Assembly (NCBI GenBank): GCA_041500865.1
Contig: JBGQMY010000013.1
Span: 1 to 31,826 of the forward strand
Origin: Candidatus Micrarchaeia archaeon
GTDB taxonomy: Archaea > Micrarchaeota > Micrarchaeia > Anstonellales > J096
Direction of reading: 5' to 3'
DNA: 31,826 nucleotides
Position 1 is the first letter of the stretch; every line of letters begins with the position of its first letter. Below the pieces are notes generated by a model. The model was not told the origin of the DNA. It saw only the letters and a program-made list of their open reading frames with translations, and ran no database searches. This document shows, one piece after another, positions 25,870 to 31,826 of this stretch. A program made the position numbers and the translations under genes.

Positions 25870-26342
25870 GTCTGGATAAAATGCGGGGTTTGCGGAAACG
25901 CAAGCATCGCAGACTTCGTGTCATATCCTGCATCGCAGCCTGTGTTGGCGTCTATGACGGTTGCAAGCATTGTTATGTCGTCAAGGCTTTTGGCGTAAAG
26001 CCACGAAATGGCAAAAGACCCGTTTGAAAGCGCGTTCCCAAGCAGGCGCATGCAGAAGCCTGAATCCAGGGTTCCGCTTTTGCCGTCTATCTGGCTTATT
26101 ATGGACATGAGCCTGTCCATGGCCGATTCAGGGTCCGTTGGCTCCCGTTTTATCCTCTCAGCGGACGCTAAGACTGAAAGTATTGTCTCCTCGTCCAGCT
26201 TGGGCATTGACCCCACAAGCAGCGCAATTTCAGAAAAACGCTTTTCAGCGCGGTTCTCGGACACAAGCGGCTCCCTGGCATTGGCTGGGGGCATCTTTTT
26301 TGCGTTCGCATCGCCAGTATCAAGCCTCTGGGCCCCTGCCAT
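25866..26342 (-). CDS. Hypothetical helical protein
   Basis: ATG 26342 with TATA TTTTTTAA at 26366-26373. Confidence 0.55.
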   Translation of the reverse strand: MAGAQRLDTGDANAKKMPPANAREPLVSENRAEKRFSEIALLVGSMPKLDEETILSVLASAERIKREPTDPESAMDRLMSIISQIDGKSGTLDSGFCMRLLGNALSNGSFAISWLYAKSLDDITMLATVIDANTGCDAGYDTKSAMLAFPQTPHFIQT

Positions 26343-26430
26343 GTTATAACCTATGAATTAAACTGTTAAAAAAGATTGCGGCGCAGGGCATTGTTATGTT
26401 TAAAAAGCTTGACGTTGCTAACATAGCAGG

Positions 26431-26850
26431 GTGGTTGGGATGGATGTTTACGAAGTGAACGAGATTGTCCTTGTCCTGGAGAACGTGCCCGGAAGCCTCT
26501 ACAAATTGTCTAGCGTGCTTTCAACTTCCGGACTGAACATAGAGTCCATAAACGCCTATGCGCAGGACGAAAAGACCGCCGTGTTCAGGCTGATAACCGC
26601 GGACCCGACAACAGCGCTGAAGGCCATAGCCAAGTCAGGCGTCCCGATAGTGTCAAGGGAGATATCCAAGGCATACGTGGTGAAAATGGCGGACAGGCCA
26701 GGCGAGCTTGCGAAGCTTACTGAGAAGATTTACAAGAACGGCCTGGATTTGGAGTCCGTTTATTTGGTTGACAGGGCGAACGGATACACGGAGATAGCCG
26801 TGAAGTCGTCAAAGGAGCCGGGAAAGCTCAGGGCAATACTGAAGGGTTAA
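26431..26850 (+). CDS. Tandem ACT-domain protein
   Basis: LENVPGSL...GLNIESI and DRPGELA...GLDLESVY. Confidence 0.85.
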   Translation: MVGMDVYEVNEIVLVLENVPGSLYKLSSVLSTSGLNIESINAYAQDEKTAVFRLITADPTTALKAIAKSGVPIVSREISKAYVVKMADRPGELAKLTEKIYKNGLDLESVYLVDRANGYTEIAVKSSKEPGKLRAILKG

Positions 26851-26851
26851 G

Positions 26852-27361
26852 ATGGGAATACTGACCTCCTTCATAGAGAAGACGCTTGACGCGGTCAGGA
26901 ACGGCAAGAAGCTCAGCGAGAAGGAGGCAAGGATGCTTGAGAGCGTGCTCAACAAGAGGGCCAATGCCATACAGGTTGCGACAAGGGCGTTTGCGGCGGC
27001 GATAATCATATCATCCAAGGAAGGCGAGTCCCTCAACAGGTCCAAGATAAAGAAGCTTTCCGTTGTCCTTGACACAATAGTGGATGCGGCCATAAGGAAC
27101 GACCTGGAGGGCAGGCAGCCGTTCTCTGACGGCCAAAGGAAGAAGCTTGTCAGCATATTCAACGAGATGGGCTTCAACGGAGACCAGGTCGCGGCGAAGT
27201 TCATAGCCAACTTCGACATCCTGCACGGAGAAGTGCTCAAGGAAAACCTCACGAGGGTGGAAAGCAGGGCGGAGGAAGTGAGGATGTCCGCCGACGTGCC
27301 CATAAGGCCGATAATGCCGGCCGAAAAGGAGAAGGAGCGCGAAAAGGAAAGAAGGTCCTGA
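26852..27361 (+). CDS. Hypothetical protein
   Basis: Tightly packed operon-like ORF with host-like codon usage. Confidence 0.65.
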   Translation: MGILTSFIEKTLDAVRNGKKLSEKEARMLESVLNKRANAIQVATRAFAAAIIISSKEGESLNRSKIKKLSVVLDTIVDAAIRNDLEGRQPFSDGQRKKLVSIFNEMGFNGDQVAAKFIANFDILHGEVLKENLTRVESRAEEVRMSADVPIRPIMPAEKEKEREKERRS

Positions 27362-27362
27362 C

Positions 27363-27854
27363 ATGAAGGCCAGGCTCAACCCGGAGCTCTCATACCTGAT
27401 TGGGCTGTGGGGATATTCCAGGTCGTCAAAGGGCATAGGCGTAAGGGGAAGCGACGTGCTGATAGAGACGTTCGTAAAGGCGTGCCTTGACCTTAAGCTG
27501 ACGGCAATCAACAAGTTTCTCTACGGCGAGGACGAGGCGTTCTTCTACAACTCCGCGGTGGCCAAGTTCATGGCGCAGGTGTGGGCCGAGAGGACCAAGA
27601 GGTTCAGGTACGGCAACGATTACGCCGCCGCATACCTTGCAGGGCTCTTTGATTCGGTCGGAAGCGTCGAAGGCGGAAGGGTAGCGCTAAGGAAAATCGA
27701 CATAGTGGACAAAACGCTGCTGTCCAACCTCCGCATGCTTCCTGACGAGAGAAGGGGCGGCGTGCTCATAGGCAAGGAAAAGGCGTTCCTGAGATTCATA
27801 TCGCCTTACGTCAGGGCGAACAGGGACATACTGCAGAAGGCCGGTATCGCATGA
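27363..27854 (+). CDS. Stand-alone LAGLIDADG-like protein
   Basis: ELSYLIGLW and AAYLAGLFDSVG; no intein or intron borders. Confidence 0.65.
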   Translation: MKARLNPELSYLIGLWGYSRSSKGIGVRGSDVLIETFVKACLDLKLTAINKFLYGEDEAFFYNSAVAKFMAQVWAERTKRFRYGNDYAAAYLAGLFDSVGSVEGGRVALRKIDIVDKTLLSNLRMLPDERRGGVLIGKEKAFLRFISPYVRANRDILQKAGIA

Positions 27855-28453
27855 TGCTCAGGCAGCATGCGACTGCGACGTTCGCAATCTCCTTCCCGTT
27901 CCTGTTTCCCGGTTCTGGCTGGATACCTGCGCTGCTTTTCACTGTTTTCGGCTCGCTGCTTCCTGACATGGACATATCCGACTGCAACCCTGTTTCAGGA
28001 AACAAGGGCGCCGTTTCCCGCGTGCTGTCATTTCTTGGCCTTGTTTTCAACTGGCCCGTTTCAAGATTGTTCTCGCTGGCCTCCGGAAAGGACATGTCCG
28101 GCCATAGGGGCTTCGCGCACACAGTCATTGCCGGGTTTCTGCTGTCCGCGCTGGTCGGGGCGCTGCTTTTCGTGGCGAAGCTCAATTACGTTTACGCTGC
28201 TTGGCTGTTCATAGGATACCTTCTGCATCTGCTTGAGGATGCGATGACGCCGTCAGGCGTTGAGCCTTTTTTCCCGTTTGGCAAAAGGCTCGGTGGCAGG
28301 ATAAAGACGGACAACCCTGCATGGGACGTGATAACGGTGCTGCTTTGCGTGCCGACAGGCATTTTCCTGCTTGGGCTGGCCAGTCCGGAAACCGCAAAGG
28401 CCTCAGTGGCGCTGCTTGTCGTCGCGCTTGTCTTGACAATAAGGATGAGATGA
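27851..28453 (+). CDS. YdjM/YbcI-like membrane metal-dependent hydrolase
   Basis: GSLLPDMD, HRGFAHT, HLLEDAMTPSGV; several TM segments. Confidence 0.88.
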   Translation: MMLRQHATATFAISFPFLFPGSGWIPALLFTVFGSLLPDMDISDCNPVSGNKGAVSRVLSFLGLVFNWPVSRLFSLASGKDMSGHRGFAHTVIAGFLLSALVGALLFVAKLNYVYAAWLFIGYLLHLLEDAMTPSGVEPFFPFGKRLGGRIKTDNPAWDVITVLLCVPTGIFLLGLASPETAKASVALLVVALVLTIRMR

Positions 28454-28468
28454 TTGGCTCCGCGTTTT

Positions 28469-29104
28469 TCATTGCCTTTGATACGGCGCCTGGTCTGCAA
28501 GCCTATTCGCTTTGGCGGCAAGCCCTGCATCGCCTGCCTTTTCATAGCATAAGGCGGCTGCCCTGTGCCTTTCCAGCTTTGAGAACAAAAGGCCAGCTTC
28601 CATGAACCGCCCTGCCTTTTTGTAATATTCGGCGGCATAGCTGGAAAAGCCCTTTGACGCGCAGAAATCGCCGATTTTGGAGCTTGCGTCCTTTGCAGGC
28701 ATTTTTGACTTCAGGAGGTTCTGCTCAGCATCATGGAATTTGTTCAGGTTTAGGCATATCCCGGCTGCTGCGGAAAAGTCCTTGAGCGCCAGCGCAACCA
28801 TGAGCCACTGCTCGGTGCTTTCAATGCCCCTGTTTTTCTTGGCATTGTCGTACGCCATGGCAAGCTCGGACATTAGGGCGGCTTTTGCGGTGTCGCCTAT
28901 GCGGTTGCCGCCCAGCTTGCCCATTATCTCCATTGTGCCAAGCCCGCCGAAGTCACTTTTGGATGCGCCGAAAAGCTCGGCCAACTCATCGCCTTCGCCA
29001 ACGTCATCGTGCAGCGGCTCGGCGTTCTTTATCGCCTTTTTGCTCTTGTTCAGTCTGCTCTTTTTGGGCCTGCCCCCTTTTTTTGAAGCGGCGAACATCA
29101 TCAT
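28469..29104 (-). CDS. TPR/SNAP-like repeat protein with N-terminal GGRPKK
   Basis: AAEYYKKAG..AG, AALCYEKAGD; ATG overlaps the stop of the upstream gene. Confidence 0.65.
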   Translation of the reverse strand: MMMFAASKKGGRPKKSRLNKSKKAIKNAEPLHDDVGEGDELAELFGASKSDFGGLGTMEIMGKLGGNRIGDTAKAALMSELAMAYDNAKKNRGIESTEQWLMVALALKDFSAAAGICLNLNKFHDAEQNLLKSKMPAKDASSKIGDFCASKGFSSYAAEYYKKAGRFMEAGLLFSKLERHRAAALCYEKAGDAGLAAKANRLADQAPYQRQ

Positions 29105-29889
29105 ATCATCCTTCGCGATGCGCCGCTGTTCGCTGCCGCAAGCCCCTTCTCTCTTTTCTTCATTTTGTTTGCAATGCCGAAGTGCCCGCACTTGGTAAAC
29201 ATGAGCGCCGCAGTCCCGTACCTGCCTTCCCTCTCCGCCTTTTCGGCTGCCATAAGATACGCCTTTTCTGCCAGGTCCTGCCTCTTGGCCTTGTCAAACG
29301 CCTCGGCGGCCTGCTTGTACTCGCAGACGTTCATGTAGGCATGGCCCGCCCTTTCCCATTCCCACGCCATCTTGAAGCGGAACGCGGCTGACGAGAACAG
29401 GCGCAGGTCCTCATACCTTTGCGCTGCCCTGTGCCATTCCATTCTGGCATTCCTGATGTTGCCAATGTCATCGGCCGCCTGGGCCTTTTTTTCTATTTCG
29501 CGTATCGCTTCCATCTCTTCCTTTAATTGCGAATCCGGCCCGTCCGGGTCCCTGACTTTACGTGCCGGCGCGCCCTCGCAAGTTGTTCCTTCATCAGTTT
29601 CTGTTAAGGGATCATTATCATCCAAAACCGGCTGCGGTTCGGGAGCATTTTTCGGGATATCGCCCTCAACTCTGTCCTTGTATTGCTCCATCAGAATCGC
29701 AGGCGGCCTGCCCCTTCCGCTGTATCCTGGCCTGTCTTTCCATGTCTTCGTTCCAGCAGTCGGTGGCTTCGGCTTTTCCATCCCCCATCTTACAAGCAGC
29801 TCATGCGGCGGCCTTCCCCTTCCGCTGTATCCTGCTTTGCCTTTAAACTTGCAGACATATGCGCTTTTCCTTTCTGTTGTGGCTGCCAT
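29101..29889 (-). CDS. TPR/SNAP-like repeat protein with two GYSGRGRPP motifs
   Basis: AAQRYE, AAEAFDKA, AALMFTKCG repeats; motif repeated 35 aa apart. Confidence 0.7.
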   Translation of the reverse strand: MAATTERKSAYVCKFKGKAGYSGRGRPPHELLVRWGMEKPKPPTAGTKTWKDRPGYSGRGRPPAILMEQYKDRVEGDIPKNAPEPQPVLDDNDPLTETDEGTTCEGAPARKVRDPDGPDSQLKEEMEAIREIEKKAQAADDIGNIRNARMEWHRAAQRYEDLRLFSSAAFRFKMAWEWERAGHAYMNVCEYKQAAEAFDKAKRQDLAEKAYLMAAEKAEREGRYGTAALMFTKCGHFGIANKMKKREKGLAAANSGASRRMI

Positions 29890-29904
29890 CTTGTCTCACC
29901 GCGC

Positions 29905-30513
29905 CTAACCGCCACGCTTCCTGAACCTTGGCAAAGGCAGCAAACAGCCGTTTCCAAGCTTTTGCGCCAGCCTCAGCTTTCTGTCTTTCTCCCTTTCTGC
30001 CCTCATCTTTTCTGCCGCAGCCAGCCTTGCCTCAGCCTTTTCCTTTACGCGCTGCGCCCTTTCACCGCGCCCTGCTTTATTGTAGACGTGATGCGCAAGG
30101 CCGAGATCCTTAGACCTTTCTGCCTTCTCGCCGGCCATGCTGTATGCCCTTACTGCCTTTTTCCTGTCCTTTGCGCTCTCAAAGCACCTTCCTGCTGAAA
30201 AATACTCCTTGCAGCGCATGAACGCGTTGGCCGCTTCCGGGAACATCTTCGCCTTCCTGAAAAAGCCGCCTGCAAGGCGGAATGCCTCCCTGGAAATGTA
30301 GATGCGCCCTATCCCTGCGTAAATCGCCTCTGCCTCCGTGTCTTTTCCGCGATGATGCAGCTCATCCGCCTTCGCAATCATCTGCATAATTGTTGGCTTT
30401 TGCGACTCGTCAAAAAGCTCGTGCTGCGCCGTTCTCCTCTTTCCGGCGTCCTTCCTTATGAGGTGATTCCGCAAGCTGGCCGCTGCCACCTTAATCTCCA
30501 TTGACCTGAACAT
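29905..30513 (-). CDS. TPR/SNAP-like repeat protein
   Basis: AGGFFRKA, AANAFMRC, AGRCFESA, AHHVYNKAG repeats; TATA at 30539-30546. Confidence 0.7.
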   Translation of the reverse strand: MFRSMEIKVAAASLRNHLIRKDAGKRRTAQHELFDESQKPTIMQMIAKADELHHRGKDTEAEAIYAGIGRIYISREAFRLAGGFFRKAKMFPEAANAFMRCKEYFSAGRCFESAKDRKKAVRAYSMAGEKAERSKDLGLAHHVYNKAGRGERAQRVKEKAEARLAAAEKMRAEREKDRKLRLAQKLGNGCLLPLPRFRKRGG

Positions 30514-30559
30514 GGAGTTTTTTTTGTGTTCAAAAGGGTTTTTAAATGTGTGTGCAAAG

Positions 30560-30664
30560 CCCCTTTCTTTCCTAAGGGAACCAAGGTTCCCTTGAGGCTC
30601 AACCTTCCTTTTTTATGGCTCCGCGGAAAGAAAACTGTCTTTGCTTTCACCTCAAAAGAAACTA
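30560..30664. repeat. Hairpin-containing intergenic element related to 10146-10288
   Basis: AAGGGAACC/GGTTCCCTT stem; GGCTCCGCGGA; TTCACCTCAAAAGAAACTA vs TTCACCCCAAAAGAAACTA (10194-10212). Confidence 0.6.
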
Positions 30665-31018
30665 CTATTGGCCTGTGCATTCCCTGAGCAATGAGACGAA
30701 TAGTCTGCCGGGCTCCTTTCCAAGAAGCGCGCGGGCACCGGCCTCTGCAAGGAGCTGCGCTATTTCTGTGTTTTTGTTTTCCACGGCACGCGTGAGCGGA
30801 GTCCAGCCGTCATTGTCCTTTACGTCGATGCTTGCGCCAACATTTAGCAATCTCTCCGCTCTTTTTGTTTTGCCGTTTCCAGCAGCATCCAATAGCATGC
30901 CATTGAGCTGTTTCTGCTTTTTCTCTGATAATGCCTTCTTTTGGCTTTCTATTATGCCAGCTTTGGGTTTGGCTGGCGCCTTTGCCGGAATGTTATTCTG
31001 GAGCCTCTTTTCCTGCAT
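30665..31018 (-). CDS. Short ankyrin protein with C-terminal tag
   Basis: GKTKRAERLLNVGASID, GWTPLTRA; ends FVSLLRECTGQ; ATG 31018 fits TATA. Confidence 0.85.
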   Translation of the reverse strand: MQEKRLQNNIPAKAPAKPKAGIIESQKKALSEKKQKQLNGMLLDAAGNGKTKRAERLLNVGASIDVKDNDGWTPLTRAVENKNTEIAQLLAEAGARALLGKEPGRLFVSLLRECTGQ

Positions 31019-31048
31019 GCCTCTATTGTGCGGCAAAGGTGTTAAAAA
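31019..31048 (-). promoter_or_regulatory. TATA promoter module TTTTTAACACCTTTGCCGCACAATAGAGGC-ATG
   Basis: One mismatch to 111-140; directly follows the TGA of the upstream gene. Confidence 0.72.
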
Positions 31049-31795
31049 TCAGGCAGCAACGCAGTCGCCGAACGGTTTCATGAACGCATTTCCAGTTATG
31101 CCGGCAAGCCATTCCATGGACCTGAGGAATGCGGCTGTTTCTTTGTTGTTCCATTTTATGGCAATCATGAGCGCAGTCCTGCCGTCATTGTCCTTTGCGT
31201 CGATGCTTGCGCCTTTTTCGAGCAGTAAAGCGCAGGTTGGGGTGCGTCCATACATTGTGGCATACATGAGCGCGGTCCAGCCGTAGTTGTCCTTTGCCTC
31301 GATGCTTGCGTTGTGTTCAAGCAGTAAAGCGCAGGTTGGGGTGTGTCCCCAATATGCGGCATACATGAGCGCGGTCCAGCCGAGGTTGTCCTTTGCGTCG
31401 ATGCTTGCGCCTTTTTCAAGCAGGAATTCGCAGGTTTGGGCGTGTCCGTTCCATGCGGCCCGCATGAGCGCAGTCCTGCCGTCATTGTCCTTTGCCTCGA
31501 TGCTTGCGCCTTTTTCAAGCAGTAAAGCGCAGGTTTGGGTGTGTCCGTTCCATGCGGCCCACATGAGCGCAGTCCTGCCGTCATTGTCCTTTGCCTCGAT
31601 GCTTGCGCCAACTTTTAACAATCTTTCCGCTCTTTTTGTTTTGCCGTTTTCAGCGGCATCCAGCAGCTTGTTGTTGAGCCGCTCCTGCTCTTCTGTAGAC
31701 AATGCCAGCTTCTCGCTTTTTGCGATGTCTGGCTTTTTCTGTTTTGGCCTTATCCTTTCCATCATCCGCCTTAGGAGCGGCTTCCTTTCCTGCAT
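31049..31795 (-). CDS. Ankyrin-repeat protein with near-identical repeats and C-terminal tag
   Basis: Five KDNxGxTALM units; ends FMKPFGDCVAA. Confidence 0.95.
   Translation of the reverse strand: MQERKPLLRRMMERIRPKQKKPDIAKSEKLALSTEEQERLNNKLLDAAENGKTKRAERLLKVGASIEAKDNDGRTALMWAAWNGHTQTCALLLEKGASIEAKDNDGRTALMRAAWNGHAQTCEFLLEKGASIDAKDNLGWTALMYAAYWGHTPTCALLLEHNASIEAKDNYGWTALMYATMYGRTPTCALLLEKGASIDAKDNDGRTALMIAIKWNNKETAAFLRSMEWLAGITGNAFMKPFGDCVAA
31166..31609. repeat. 99-bp tandem repeat (about 4.5 units) encoding ankyrin repeats
   Basis: CATGAGCGC recurs at 31166, 31265, 31364, 31463 and 31562. Confidence 0.95.
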
Positions 31796-31826
31796 GCCTT
31801 TATTGTGCGGCAAAGGTGTTAAAAAA
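31686..31826. repeat. Terminal direct repeat, right copy
   Basis: Identical to 1-141. Confidence 0.97.

Noticed and set aside
31166..31609. CRISPR array or DGR template/variable repeat
   Set aside because: The units are in-frame 99-bp coding repeats with no unique spacers, no adenine-only pattern, and no cas or RT gene in the window.
148..31795. Strict CaaX prenylation signal
   Set aside because: Only CVAA, CISQ and CTGQ place Cys at -4; the others have it at -3, -5 or -6. It is kept only as a broader Cys-tag hypothesis.
31796..31813. Conserved MPHN/MPHK/MEHN N-termini in the ORF track (1192, 4106, 22679, 31036, 31813)
   Set aside because: These are translations of the promoter motif, mostly from TTG. 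They start only about 6 nt from the TATA box, so the ATG 18 nt downstream is the plausible start.
1..31826. Plasmid or virus because of the terminal repeat
   Set aside because: No replication, packaging, capsid or integrase genes were recognised, and the content is chromosomal housekeeping.

Overview
Archaeal DNA, most consistent with a DPANN lineage such as Micrarchaeota. This is inferred from ABCE1/RLI, aTrm56, an archaeal-type SRP RNA and TATA-box promoters about 24 nt before start codons. Housekeeping genes (rli, pyrG, gdhA, trm56, intein-containing amrS, an NAD-dependent epimerase, a cold-shock protein, tRNA-Gly, SRP RNA) are interspersed with many single accessory genes. The main unexplained pattern is a set of 10 accessory genes: 8 ankyrin-repeat genes (one frameshifted) and 2 non-ankyrin helical-repeat genes. 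They share a basic N-terminal leader and a C-terminal tag F-x3-F-x2-C-(2-5 aa)-stop, and most have a related stand-alone promoter. This suggests a modular, diversifying family of tagged, possibly exported or lipidated, effector-like proteins. Other signals: the first and last 141 nt are identical; a 38-nt relic of the rli 3' end bounds an ank+Fic islet; the SRP RNA appears to lack helix 6; a multi-hairpin repeat family includes a copy that duplicates the tRNA-Gly 5' end; and an intein sits inside a radical-SAM CxxxCxxC motif. All calls are by eye, with no database searches. Several start codons were moved downstream of the ORF-track starts to fit TATA spacing.
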